Positions 48,673 to 62,096 are shown, counted from the first letter of the whole stretch. The stretch is DNA of 63,824 bases, filler included, from Octopus bimaculoides (GCF_001194135.2; 6 parts of 6 records of this genome joined end to end with filler, not necessarily neighbours in it); one strand, 5' to 3'. Translations and numbers: made by a program. The notes: generated by a model not told the origin, from the sequence alone.

Positions 48673-49589
48673 ATATATATATATGCGTGCATGCATAGAT
48701 TCATATATGTTTGCGTGTAAGTGGATGTATAAGTATTTATGCATATGTACATATCCATTCACAACAGTATAACTGTGTGAAACAATCTTAAGTGGAGGAA
48801 GGGAAATATGCGTTTCTAATGTAAGATGCAGCTACTCAATTCAGGCCTACGGTTGAGAGTGAGCTTATATTCTCATATTCAGACTGTTTAAGCTTTCTCT
48901 GTCAACTCTCCCTGTCATGGTCAATGCGACGATTACATGCTACACACGTTCCTTCTAAGCACTGCTATAAACAGCAGAAGTGAGCTAGAACGTTAAAACT
49001 TAACGCGCATGTACGGCAGAGTTCAAGGTCAATCTATGCCAAGCGGCTTCACTCTGCGTGTTTTAGCTTCGTTACTATGGCAACAATCCATATACTTTTT
49101 GATCAGACAACGTATCTAAATTGAGAACATTAACTTAACTGTTATGCTTAACTTGTGTGTATTAATGATACAATGAAAGTAGTTTTCTTTTTTCGCAGTA
49201 TAGTTATTCCAGTGTTAAGGGAATCTTTCGCTAATACTATGATCTAACTTTGTCATGTAAGTTTCAGGGAGGTTACCACATCCTTAAAAGGCACCATATA
49301 CAATATATATTATTTCTAATCTTACAGTTCATAGATGTGTACGTACTTTTGGCGAATGTGTGGGTGAGTATGTGTGTGTTTCAAGTGAGGGTAGATTAGT
49401 ATGTACATATAGGCGCATGTACGTGAGTGTGCGGGCGCGCAAGTGTATGTATGGACTCGTGCGCTTACGCGAATACTATGGACATTTTTACTCTCTTACC
49501 TTTACTCCCTCCCCTCACTTAGCGGTCATTCTAATAGCTCTTTTATCTTAATAACGGTCAATCACACAATAATTTCCCTTTGTTTAACG

Positions 49590-49790
49590 GTCATTTTCAT
49601 AGCATTTTTTCGATTGCCAGATAACTGAAGAGATGGCGGCATGGTTTCCACCCCGACATCCGAAACTCGGAGTTTTATCATGGCTACCGAATAATTGTCA
49701 CATAATATTTACAGATAAATTCCTCTATTTACATAATATCGAGGTCTCTTTCTTTCTTTTGTTGTCTTACCTTTTCTATCAATAACGTCA
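49590..49790 (+). mobile_element. Putative PLE terminal repeat carrying the 49616 ribozyme
   Basis: Inferred from the type-I hammerhead; single copy in the window and boundaries approximate. Confidence 0.45.
49616..49684 (+). ncRNA. Type-I hammerhead ribozyme, canonical core
   Basis: GCCA-GAUAA CUGAAGA GAUG...CAUC C GAAA CU-CGG-AG U U UUAUC-A-UGGC; stems I, II and III pair; predicted cleavage after GUU at 49674. Confidence 0.75.
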
Positions 49791-49872
49791 TGTACCCGGA
49801 TATGTATCTATATGTACATGTAGATGAAGGTATGTACATACATGTACATATATATGCATATACTCATATATT

Positions 49873-49912
<40 letters not shown>

Positions 49913-50039
49913 GCGCACACACACACAAACATAGAGAAAGAGATACTCATTTATTAAATCCTATATATTTTATTTGTTGTACCAAACTATTTAAAACATA
50001 TAAAAATACATATATGCATATGTACAGACAGACAGACAC

Positions 50040-50680
50040 ACCACATACAAGGTAACTGCTTCATCGTTGCAGTTGATTGCCGTCTCCCCACGTACTTCCA
50101 TCAACCATCATCACCTCCAAACATCCGCCCATGACCCCTTAGGTGCCCTCTACTGGATTTATTGGGTCAACTTATGGAATGTCATCCTTATGTACCCTTA
50201 TATGCCTTTTAAGATCTGGTATTGATTTTCAGCTCTCTTTGCACACACACATGTTGTCTCACCTAGCATTGGAGGGATAGAGTTGCATACAGTTAGCTTT
50301 TTATGTCATTTTAAATGAGTGATGTACCCAGATCTGGAGAGCAGTAAATGACCACACACCTCAGAAATCCAGCTCACTATGTTCTTATTGATATTCATAC
50401 TGTGGCCTTTTCGAAGCGGGCGTTTAAGCTTTTCATGGTCCAGTCGTCTCTCTTCAAACATTCTACAACCTTCCTTCACATATCCTCTCAATTTACCCCA
50501 CTTTAAAGCAAGCAGTTTCCAGTTCTGATCTTCAAGCTGAAGATCTTCATGCAGTCTTTATTTTATATTTTTCTTGGTTTGTGCTGAGAGCATTTCCCAG
50601 TGTGCAATTGGCTGCAGAATAGTTGTTTTGGGAGTCTTTCCTCATTCATGCGCACAACATGGCCTACCCAACAGCTATTA
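50040..50680 (-). mobile_element. RTE-clade LINE 3' part
   Basis: WVGHVVRMNEERLPKQLF..QL..GK, then a C-terminal region and 3' UTR. Confidence 0.85.
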
Positions 50681-50787
50681 GGATTTGTGTACTTTATTTA
50701 CATCTGACGGATATTTGTCCTCATCTTGTTTGTTGTTAACACGACGTTTCGGCTGATATACCCTCCAGCTTTCATCAGGTGTCTTGG
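50681..50787 (-). ncRNA. PLE-terminus-like repeat with minimal type-I hammerhead (50738-50784)
   Basis: GACAC CUGAUGA A AGCUG GAGGGUAUAU CAGCC GAAAC GUC GUGUU: intact core, 5-bp stem I, palindromic ACGU stem III. Confidence 0.75.
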
Positions 50788-50862
50788 ACACAACAACCTC
50801 CTAAGCAGACCGAGTGCGGATATGAGTAGTGAAAATTCTGAGTTCGATTCCACGCAGTAACT

Positions 50863-50932
<70 letters not shown>

Positions 50933-50992
50933 TAATAATAACAATAATGATAATAATGATAATAATAATAATAATAATTATAACAGCAACGA

Positions 50993-51154
50993 AAAATACC
51001 TTAGGAATGAGAACCCAGGTTCGAAATTTCCCCAAGACACCTGATGAAGGCTGGAAGGTATATCAACCAAAACGTGTTGTTAACAAACAAGATGAGGACA
51101 AATATCCGTCAAATGTAAATAATGTAAATAATGTACATACTTCCTCATCTCTTA
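50993..51154 (+). mobile_element. Second, inverted copy of the same repeat with a damaged hammerhead core
   Basis: GACACCTGATGAAGGCTGGAAGGTATATCAACCAAAACGTGTTGTTAACAAACAAGATGAGGACAAATATCCGTC; G12 is changed to A. Confidence 0.8.
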
Positions 51155-52840
51155 AGGATTTGTGTGTCAGGTATTTTATAGTTAAAGTGTTCAAGAAATT
51201 TTTGGTTAAAGTGTTCAAGCAAATTAAGGTGTTTGCGATGTACTTTCCACGTTTCCGAAGAGTACAACAGAGCACATAGAATGCAGGCCTTGTACACACT
51301 AACCTTGGTCTTGATATTGATGCCATGATCTGCCCACACTCTCTTTTCGAGCTTTCCAAAGGTTACAGAGGCCTTCTAAATGCGCAAGTGTATTTCTGCA
51401 TCCACTAAACCGTCCCTTGATAATGTACTACCCAAGTAAACAAAAGTGTCATCTACACCCATCCTAGTTATATGCACCATTATATTTGGCTCGATATATG
51501 CTTCCCCTGGTGATGGGGTGACCATTACCTTGGTCCTTGTTAAATTAATTTCCAAGCCGAAGGCATTACAAAATGCTGCCAAACAAACCATGATGTGTTG
51601 CATGCCATCCTGAGAGTGAGCCAAAATGTCAACATTGTCTGCATACAAGCGTCCTCTAATTAATTTTTGGAACACCTTGGATTTGAAATTGAACCTTCTT
51701 AGGTCAAAGATCTTTCCTGTAGTTCTAATTTGCAACAGAATACCCTTTACACAGTCCTGGAATGCATGAGTCAGCATCACAGCAAAAGATATTGAGAACA
51801 GTGTGGGAGCCTGGATATCTCCTTGCTTCATGCCATTATCAACTGGGATTTCATTGGACAATTTTCCATTTAAGACAACCTGAGCCTTCATATTTCTGTG
51901 CAGTCGAACGAACATATCAATAAACTTTGATGGGCACTCTATTTTCCCTAATATTTTCCACACTGCACCTCTGTTCACCGTATCAAAGACCTTTGTCAGA
52001 TCAACAAAGACCTGGTACAGAAGAACCCACTGTTCAATACATTTCTCCTGAAGCCGCCTTACTGAGAAGACCGTATCAATCGTTCCTCTACCAGATCTAA
52101 AGCCACTTTGTGATTCAGGGATTGCTGTAGGACAAATGTCCTCCATCAACTTGTTCAACAATAATCTAGCAAGAACTTTGCCCACCGACTCCAACAGAGT
52201 AATGCCGCGGTAGTGATCGCAGATTCCTTTATCCCACTTGCCTTTAAACAAGGTCACCAAGATACCATCTATCCAATCTTGTGGTATAGGAGTTCCATCC
52301 CAGCACTCTGTGATGAGATGAAGTATTGTTTGTATTATATTCTTATTACCAACCTTTAACAGTACAACAGGAATTTCATCTGATCCAGGTGCCTTACCAA
52401 TGTTTAACTGGTTGATGGCCATTTTAACCTCATTATAACTTGGTAATCGATCCATTTTGAAATTTACAACACATTAGGTGATACCTTCTAGCACCCCATG
52501 ATCAATTGATGATGAATTATCAAATAAATAAGAGAAATATTCTTTCCAACACTTAAGGATTTTCTCTGACTCCTTGATGACGGCAGTATTGTCTTCGGAC
52601 ATAATGCGAACAATAGACGAATTGTTGGACCATATACTACACGCAAAAGACTATAGAACAATTTAAAATCCTTTTCTTTATAAATACTTAGAATATCTTC
52701 AGAGATCTTCAGCCACCATTTATTTGTAAGCCTTCTCAGCTCAGGTTGTAAGGTGGCTTTATATTCTTTATGTTTTTTTTAATAGCAGTTAAATTTGTAG
52801 GGCACTCTTCCAGAAGCTTTTCATAAAGAGCATGTCTTTT
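51155..52840 (-). mobile_element. RTE-clade (BovB-like) LINE RT region; 359-aa ORF 51376-52455
   Basis: GKAPGSD, YRGITLL, PESQSGFRSGRGTID, FVDLTKVFDTVNR, GMKQG..APTLF, LYAD, FGLEIN..TKVM, FVYLGS. Confidence 0.93.
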
Positions 52841-52906
52841 CTTTAAAAATACATACATACATACATATATATAAATACATATGTATGTATGCGTGTGTGC
52901 ATATAT

Positions 52907-52939
<33 letters not shown>

Positions 52940-54514
52940 NNNNNNNNNNNNNNNNNNNNNNNNNNNNNNNNNNNNNNNNNNNNNNNNNNNNNNNNNNNNN
53001 NNNNNNNNNNNNNNNNNNNNNNNNNNNNNNNNNNNNNNNNNNNNNNNNNNNNNNNNNNNNNNNNNNNNNNNNNNNNNNNNNNNNNNNNNNNNNNNNNNNN
53101 NNNNNNNNNNNNNNNNNNNNNNNNNNNATATATATATATATATATATAATATATATATATAATCAAATGAATAATAACAAACAATGGATGATTGTCAGCT
53201 TGTTACAACAGTTTCTTATGTAACCTTTTAATGGCAGAATGAGAACATTACATCATTATAAAAGACCGTAATCATTAGATGAGAAGTAATTTTTACAAAG
53301 CAAAGGAATATCCCAAGAACGCACCCAGGATGTGGCTAGAGTCTGTCGAGGCCAACTGTGAAATGGGAGACTGAGCAGCTATGTTGGCTGTTTAGGTTAA
53401 GAAAAGAGTGTAATATGATATCCGAGGTCAGTGACCCGGGCTAGAAGGAGTCTGCTAAGCTAGATTCTATGTCGGCTGGAGTGGAGTGTAGGAGGTAATT
53501 TATTATAGTAAGCTTGGCGTAGTGGTAAATAAGGAGAGTTCATAAAACAATTAAGGATAAGGGAAGAAGAAAGGATAAATAAAATCAAACTTAAGAGTGA
53601 AGGGAAAAATAAAAATAAAAATAAAGGAAAAATAAAATAATACAAGTCAATCAGGTATAGGATCGGGGTATAGGAATCACTTGCTAATGGTAAAAGACCA
53701 GGGGAGGGAGACAGAGGAGATACAGAAATATAGGGGATTTCAGTGGAAAACGGTTGAAAGACGAGTGGGGTACTAGGCCATCAAAAATCTAACTTTTATG
53801 GAGATTAATGTTGAAGTAAAGTAGAGTGTTACCTATCAAAAAGGAGTTTAATGGAGTATGGGGTTATGTAATGAACCATACCTGGTACGGAGTTAGAGGA
53901 AAATAGTTATTCGGATGTGATGGAAAGCCGGTAGTATGGAGTGGTCTAATGAATAACTATGGAATGTAAAACGGGTGGCGATGATACCAAAATAGGAAGG
54001 TATTATCATCTCAGTGTGAAAAAAAAAGAAGCAGGTGAAGTTACTGAAGACAATAGTGTGTTTCATCTCCCATATAATAAGCCCTGCTCAAACACTATAT
54101 GTTGGTGTAAGTGGTACATAGCTATTAGAAATGGAAACGAACTGTCTAACGTGCGCATGTTACTGGAAGAAGTTAGGTGTCATCGTCATCTCTATGGTGT
54201 AAACCCAAGTTCACTACAGATAGAATGGTAAGTTCCTTCAATATATCACACCATGCAAGTATAGTAAGTGGGGTTAAAAGGTATGGAAAAGGGAAAACAA
54301 GACTTGGAGGACTCAGATACTAATGGGGAGATCGATACACCCCTATGCCATACACCACCATACCACAGAACATCACATCACATCACACCACCACACACAC
54401 ACTAACACTGACCACTTTCCACCCCCACATCCACACACCTACACATACACACAAGCACACGTCAAGGTCACCAGCCCTCTTCCACACGCACATACATGCT
54501 TTGTTATACACTCA

Positions 54515-54790
54515 CACGCGCACCTTCGTTTCGAGATCGCCACTACTTTATTATCTCCCCTTCTTCCTAGCTCTCCTGTGTAACCCCTCTGTCCAGCATT
54601 CGCCATGATAGATCGCTAGCCACTACACATTCTTTATTTGATCTCCTTGTTTCTTTCTGTGTTCCTTTCTGTGGAAGAGCGCAGGCTCGAAATGTTAAAG
54701 ACTTTTTCACTTCCCGACTGTTAAACTAATACATCTGTTTGTTGTCTACATCACCTGTATTCGTTATTTTTTTTGTGAATTCTCCCTATA
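54515..54790 (+). mobile_element. PLE-terminus-like repeat with a hammerhead-like fold (54665-54700)
   Basis: CUUU CUGUGGA A GAGC gcag GCUC GAAA UGUU AAAG; second copy at 6077-6165. Confidence 0.6.
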
Positions 54791-55542
54791 TATATATATA
54801 TATATGATATGTATGCATGTGTGTATGTGCATGTGTATGTGTATGTATATGTAAATGCATATGTTTCTGAATGTATGCAATGTATGAATTTTTTATGTAG
54901 AAGGGAAGAGAAATAGAGAGGGAGAGAGACAGAGATATAGACAGTCAGGGAGACACAGAGAGTTATTCACAGACAGAGAGACAGGCAGATAGATAGATAT
55001 ATAGAATGATAGATAGATAGATCTCTCCTATCCTTTTATACTTCATGCTGTCAAACCTCTCACAGATATATACAAATACCCCTTTGTTTCTTCCTTTCTT
55101 TTCTTCTCTCTATCTTTCGTGACCTTTCCATCCTTTATAGTATAAAATTCGATCAAAACGAAATCATCCCAAAACGCATTTTTCTTTGTTTGTTTTTTAA
55201 ACCTATTTAACTGTTTATTTTATACGTGGATTTTTTTCCTTCCGTTTTGTTTACTTTTGTTGTTTTTCTTTTCATTTTCCTTTCTTTTTTTCTTCTGAAT
55301 TTTTCAGAATTTCCTCCAAACAATTTTGCCTTCCCACCATCATTTAAATTATATAAATTAAGATGCTTCATAAAAGACAAACATAAGTTGTATCCGTGCT
55401 TCCATACATACAGAGACATATATACACATATATATAATTTATAGGAACAAATATATACGCTTATATATACATAAGTAGATAATATGTCTTTGTATATGCG
55501 TGAACGCACACACATGCATATATACACATGTAAATATATACA

Positions 55543-55600
<58 letters not shown>

Positions 55601-55948
55601 TATATATATATATGCACACACGCGCACACATGGATATATACATACTTATATACGTGTGCGTATGCGATTATATATGTGTATGTATGAATGTACGTATATT
55701 TATACATGTACGTGTGTGTGTGTGTTCTTGTGCGTGCGTGTGAGTGTGTGTGTGTTCTTGCGCGTGCGTGTGAGTGTGCATATATGCATATATGCATATA
55801 TATAGGAGTGCTTATGGATTACAAATTCATTCTCCTACTCATATTAACATACAAGCAATCGCACAACAAAATTCGATGACAAATACATACATACACGCCT
55901 GCACTTTTGGTAAGATATATAATGAGATAGATTGATAGATAGATAAAT

Positions 55949-55982
<34 letters not shown>

Positions 55983-55991
55983 GGAGAGAGT

Positions 55992-56035
<44 letters not shown>

Positions 56036-56121
56036 CAGACAGAGTGAAGCAGGTTAGAAAAGGAGTGACTGATAGAGAGAATAATAGAAAGAGAGACAAA
56101 GAGGTATCAAGACACGCCTAC

Positions 56122-56221
56122 NNNNNNNNNNNNNNNNNNNNNNNNNNNNNNNNNNNNNNNNNNNNTTAATTAATTAANNNNNNNNNNNNNNNNNNNNNNN
56201 NNNNNNNNNNNNNNNNNNNNN
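56122..56221. other. Artificial scaffold join
   Basis: 44N-TTAATTAATTAA-44N. Confidence 0.95.
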
Positions 56222-56261
<40 letters not shown>

Positions 56262-57289
56262 CATTTGCATACATAGATACACACTGGCAATTTGTTCACA
56301 CATAGGTACCGACATAATTACAGATATACATGCCTATACACACATTCATAAACCGACACACGGCCACAAACATGTAAATATATAAATATACACGAAACTT
56401 TATTTAGATGACACATACTTGCATATAGGCTTTTTTTATTCATATGCGCATAATTATATATACACACATATATATTTGCGTATATATAATCATATAGGTG
56501 TGTATGTATAATCGTATATCTATGTGTGTATATATCTATATGTGTATATATATATATATGTATGTGTGTATATACATATATATANNNNNNNNNNNNNNNN
56601 NNNNNNNNNNNNNNNNNNNNNNNNNNNNNNNNNNNNNNNNNNNNNNNNNNNNNNNNNNNNNNNNNNNNNNNNNNNNNNNNNNNNNNNNNNNNNNNNNNNN
56701 NNNNNNNNNNNNNNNNNNNNNNNNNNNNNNNNNNNNNNNNNNNNNNNNNNNNNNNNNNNNNNNNNNNNNNNNNNNNNNNNNNNNNNNNNNNNNNNNNNNN
56801 NNNNNNNNNNNNNNNNNNNNNNNNNNNNNNNNNNNNNNNNNNNNNNNNNNNNNNNNATATATATTACGTCCATTATTCATTTCATATGTATATGTATGTA
56901 TTCATGTATGTATGTATGTATTTATGTTTCTATGTATATGACAGTATGTATTCTCGGTATACATATATACACTTTATTATCAATATATAGTGAAATATGT
57001 AGCGAATGTCTATTTCATCACTTGTATCATTATTATTATCATTAGTGTTAGTACAGTTAGAGTGAAAGTAATTCGCAACGCGGGTTCAGTGTGCTTTGAT
57101 GACGTATGTTTGTATTTACCCTGAAGTCATTACGATTTCATACCTTTTTAAAATTCTTTTTGTCTCTCTTTTGCTTTTGCTTGTAGTCTATAGCAGATGT
57201 ACTAGCAATATACTTAGGGTTTCATGGAAAGGGTTGCCTCGCTTACCTTAGAATATGTAGTCTCTACTAAATTTTGAATTCATTAATAT

Positions 57290-57482
57290 TTCGTAGAATC
57301 ACTGGCAAGGCGACTTACATGCGGAGCAGTATGTATACTAACTTTGCGTTGTCAGTTCAAATTTCGCTGAACTGTACATTGCTTGTCATCGTTAAAATAA
57401 TATAGCAGTCATTACAGAGGTCAATATAATTGAGCAACCCCGTCCTTCCAAATTTGCAAGCCTTGTGCCAAAATTTGAAACC

Positions 57483-57542
<60 letters not shown>

Positions 57543-57543
57543 G
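57290..57543 (+). mobile_element. Degenerate SINE family A plus (TTA)n tail (57484-57543)
   Basis: CAGTTCAAATTTCGC B-box; GCCTTGTGCCAAAATTTGAAACC end. Confidence 0.65.
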
Positions 57544-58369
57544 TTATATCTTTGACTTTTGCTTTGTATTTTTACAAGTTGGCTCCAAGTCTCCCCCAGG
57601 GACCTCAGTAAGCAAGTTAGGAGTTCATGTTGATGTTATGCCTTGGGTATCATACATTTGGTTTTGCACATAGTATTGTTCTGGGAAATGTTTAAGAACA
57701 CAAGGAAATTATGAGTTTGTTTAAAAATTTGTACAATATCTTTTGAATTTCTGCCAGTTTGGGGTTTCCTGGTATCTGATCTAGGTAGCAATCAACCCCC
57801 TTTTGCTATCATTCCTATGACACATATGACAACAGGTATTGTTTTAGTCTTCACGTTCCACATTTTGCCAATTTCTATTTCAAGATCTTTATACTTGCTC
57901 AGTTTTTGGTAGGTCTTGACAGATACATTTATATCGATTGGGACAGTCATATCAATGAAGAGGCATGATTTTTGTCTGAAATCTTTCAATATAGTGTCTC
58001 GCCTATTCGCATCTATCTTTCTATCAGTTTGAATGGAGAAGTTGCAGAGGAGTGAGACGTGATCATTTTCAAGCATTGCAGTTGGTTTGTGTTCCCACCA
58101 GTTTTTATCATGGGGCAGGTCCAGGTTTTTGCAAATTACCCTGTGAATATATTGAGCTGCTCTATCATGCCTGTTGAGATACTTTGTAGGCACAAGAAGA
58201 CTACACATAGAGACAACATGATCAGTGGTTTTATTTTCTTGTTGACATACACATGTTGGATAGCTGCCGTTCTTGTAGGTAGGCATTGATCTTGGGCTGC
58301 TATGATAAACCCTTCTGTTTCTGATTTTAAGCCAGAAGCTACAAACCATTGATGGGTAAGGGCTTAGAC
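57544..58369 (-). mobile_element. R4/Dong-like LINE 3' fragment, another subfamily
   Basis: ETEGFIIAAQDQ, YLNRHDRAAQYIH, SIQTDRKIDANRRD, LFIDMTVP, KLSKYKDLEIE, TIPVV. Confidence 0.9.
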
Positions 58370-59519
58370 AACTACTTTTGCTGCTACTACTACCACTAAA
58401 ACTACTATCGCTACTACTGCTATCATTACAACTGTTACTACTATATATGTATGTATATAATGGTGATGGTAGTAGCGGTAGTAGTAGTAGTGGTGGTGGT
58501 GGTGGTGGTGGTGGTGGTGATGGTGGGTACACGCTGAAAATTTGCCGGTAGGTTTTGATCGCACTGCTCATAATCTAGAAGGGTGAAGATGGTTGCGGGT
58601 GAAAGGATGCGAAGAAGAAAGCAACCAAAAGAAATGCACAAACAATTAATACCATCAGTGGGTCTATCTATCTATATATGTATGTATATATGTGCGCGCG
58701 CGTGTGTGTATGTATGTTGTATGCATGCATATATGTACGCATATATGTAGGCTGGTATGTATATATATATATATATATATNNNNNNNNNNNNNNNNNNNN
58801 NNNNNNNNNNNNNNNNNNNNNNNNNNNNNNNNNNNNNNNNNNNNNNNNNNNNNNNNNNNNNNNNNNNNNNNNNNNNNNNNNNNNNNNNNNNNNNNNNNNN
58901 NNNNNNNNNNNNNNNNNNNNNNNNNNNNNNNNNNNNNNNNNNNNNNNNNNNNNNNNNNNNNNNNNNNNNNNNNNNNNNNNNNNNNNNNNNNNNNNNNNNN
59001 NNNNNNNNNNNNNNNNNNNNNNNNNNNNNNNNNNNNNNNNNNNNNNNNNNNNNNNNNNNNNNNNNNNNNNNNNNNNNNNNNNNNNNNNNNNNNNNNNNNN
59101 NNNNNNNNNNNNNNNNNNNNNNNNNNNNNNNNNNNNNNNNNNNNNNNNNNNNNNNNNNNNNNNNNNNNNNNNNNNNNNNNNNNNNNNNNNNNNNNNNNNN
59201 NNNNNNNNNNNNNNNNNNNNNNNNNNNNNNNNNNNNNNNNNNNNNNNNNNNNNNNNNNNNNNNNNNNNATATATATTTGTGCGTGCGCATGTATGTGCGT
59301 ATGTACATCTTCAATGATTGATGTGTGTGAGTAGATGTATGGATGTAGATGTAAGGGCATACGAGAGAAAACAAAAACGAAGTGAAAGAGAGAGAAGTAA
59401 TGAGATGGAAAGAGACAGAATGAGTAAGGCAAGTAGATAGATGGAGAGAGAGAGAGAGAGACTGAAATAGAAAGAGAATAAAGCAGGGCAGAAAGAGAGA
59501 AACACAGAGAGAGAGACAC

Positions 59520-59555
<36 letters not shown>

Positions 59556-60376
59556 CAGAAAGAGTGATAGTGAGATAGAAAGTGTGAGGATACTTTGGGA
59601 TTATTGATTTCAGGATAGGTGGGTCATAAGAAGACCTTAGCGGACGATAATTATCAATATACCTTAAATTCTTCCGACTTAGATGAAACAGTTATCAAAA
59701 ATCATCCATTAATGGATTGCCTAGAGATGTGTACACCCAAAACTTCTAAAGTGAAATTGGTTTCCATTGTGTCAGCTTAGATAGAGGCACAGCATGATAA
59801 GCTCTGCTAAAGGAGATGTATTGGGCCATTCTAAAGACTCTATTCGCAATTTAAAGATGATTTTAGCAAAGGATTTCATTACCGGCTTCTGTCCACACAC
59901 AAAGACGTTTAACTGTATTAGAAAGAAGAAGTTGCATAGAAAATGTATATAAAATCGACAATGGCGGAGGTAACACGGAGAGAAATATCTTAACAGTAGA
60001 TGCCAATGTTATCAGTTATATTTACAATCCCTCAATGATTAAAGAAATGAACAGCCCTGACGTAAAACCGATATTCACACGCACATATGTACACGCGTAC
60101 ATGTGTGTGTGTGTGTTAGTGTGTATGGGTGAGTGTGCAGGTGCATGCGCTCGTGTGATTTTTAGAATATATGTGCATATGCGTATGTATGAATGTATGT
60201 ATGTATGTATGTATGCAGGTGTGTATGTATGTATATATATGTATGTATGTATATACATATATATACTTATATATATACAAATATATATATATATACATAT
60301 ATGTATATATATATATATTCCCATACGTTCACACATATGCATGTCTGTGTGAATATACATGTATGTGTGTGTGTGT

Positions 60377-60416
<40 letters not shown>

Positions 60417-61798
60417 CCATATACATATACATACATAATCACAAACACACACGCGCGCAGACACACGCATATACATGTTCTTATAGAACCGGGTGTTTGT
60501 ATGTTCATTTAATGCAAACATGGCCAAGCTTTGCACGAGCTTGCTTCGGCACTATGAGTTCTCATTTCGGTCAGACTGCGTTATTTCTTGAGCAAGTGTC
60601 TCTTCTCTTGACACGAGGTTGCCTCAAAATGAATCCTATATGAGTCGCCTTAACTGTAATTTTTAATTCACATTCCTTTGAGCAAATTCTACCTCTGAAT
60701 CATGCAAAAGACGCAGTTGTCTTTCGAATACTCAGATGCTTTTGGAACAAATTTCGTGAACGTTAGATCAAACTGGCGGATTATACATAAGTGTTTGCAC
60801 GTATGTATGTATGTATGTTTGTATGTATGTATGTATGCATGTATGTATGTATTATGTATGTGTAAACAGCTAGGCATAATGTAATACCGTAAAGGCAACC
60901 ATCACTGATGTGACTGACGGTGCTAAAGCAACTACATCGCTAGAAATAAGAGTGAAAAATCCTAAATGCTGCAAGAGTGCAATTTATATATATATATATN
61001 NNNNNNNNNNNNNNNNNNNNNNNNNNNNNNNNNNNNNNNNNNNNNNNNNNNNNNNNNNNNNNNNNNNNNNNNNNNNNNNNNNNNNNNNNNNNNNNNNNNN
61101 NNNNNNNNNNNNNNNNNNNNNNNNNNNNNNNNNNNNNNNNNNNNNNNNNNNNNNNNNNNNNNNNNNNNNNNNNNNNNNNNNNNNNNNNNNNNNNNNNNNN
61201 NNNNNNNNNNNNNNNNNNNNNNNNNNNNNNNNNNNNNNNNNNNNNNNNNNNNNNNNNNNNNNNNNNNNNNNNNNNNNNNNNNNNNNNNNNNNNNNNNNNN
61301 NNNNNNNNNNNNNNNNNNNNNNNNNNNNNNNNNNNNNNNNNNNNNNNNNNNNNNNNNNNNNNNNNNNNNNNNNNNNNNNNNNNNNNNNNNNNNNNNNNNN
61401 NNNNNNNNNNNNNNNNNNNNNNNNNNNNNNNNNNNNNNNNNNNNNNNNNNNNNNNNNNNNNNNNNNNNNNNNNNNNNNNNNNNNNNNNNNNNNNNNNNNN
61501 NNNNNNNNNNNNNNNNNNNNNNNNNNNNNNNNNNNNNNNNNNNNNNNNNNNNNNNNNNNNNNNNNNNNNNNNNNNNNNNNNNNNNNNNNNNNNNNNNNNN
61601 NNNNNNNNNNNNNNNNNNNNNNNNNNNNNNNNNNNNNNNNNNNNNNNNNNNNNNNNNNNNNNNNNNNNNNNNNNNNNNNNNNNNNNNNNNNNNNNNNNNN
61701 NNNNNNNNNNNNNNNNNNNNNNNNNNNNNNNNNNNNNNNNNNNNNNNNNNNNNNNNNNNNNNNNNNNNNNNNNNNNNNNNNNNNNNNNNNNNNNNNNN

Positions 61799-61834
<36 letters not shown>

Positions 61835-62062
61835 CATGCATACATATATATGCATATATATGTATACATATGTACGTATTTATGTATTGCATAGATAGAT
61901 GCACATACACACACGTCATAGGATGAACTAAAGTGCACAGATACGGACTCACGTCACGTGATATTTGAAACACAAGTATGAATATAGAATTTTTTCCTAC
62001 GTATAGTAAGCTGTACAAACTCCCAAATTAACACTCACAATGTATGTATGTATGTATGTATG

Positions 62063-62096
<34 letters not shown>

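Noticed and set aside
53230-54250. Possible very old PLE ORF on the minus strand next to the 54515 repeat
   Set aside because: Only scattered hints (GL.HRDD) among many stops; not supportable without an alignment
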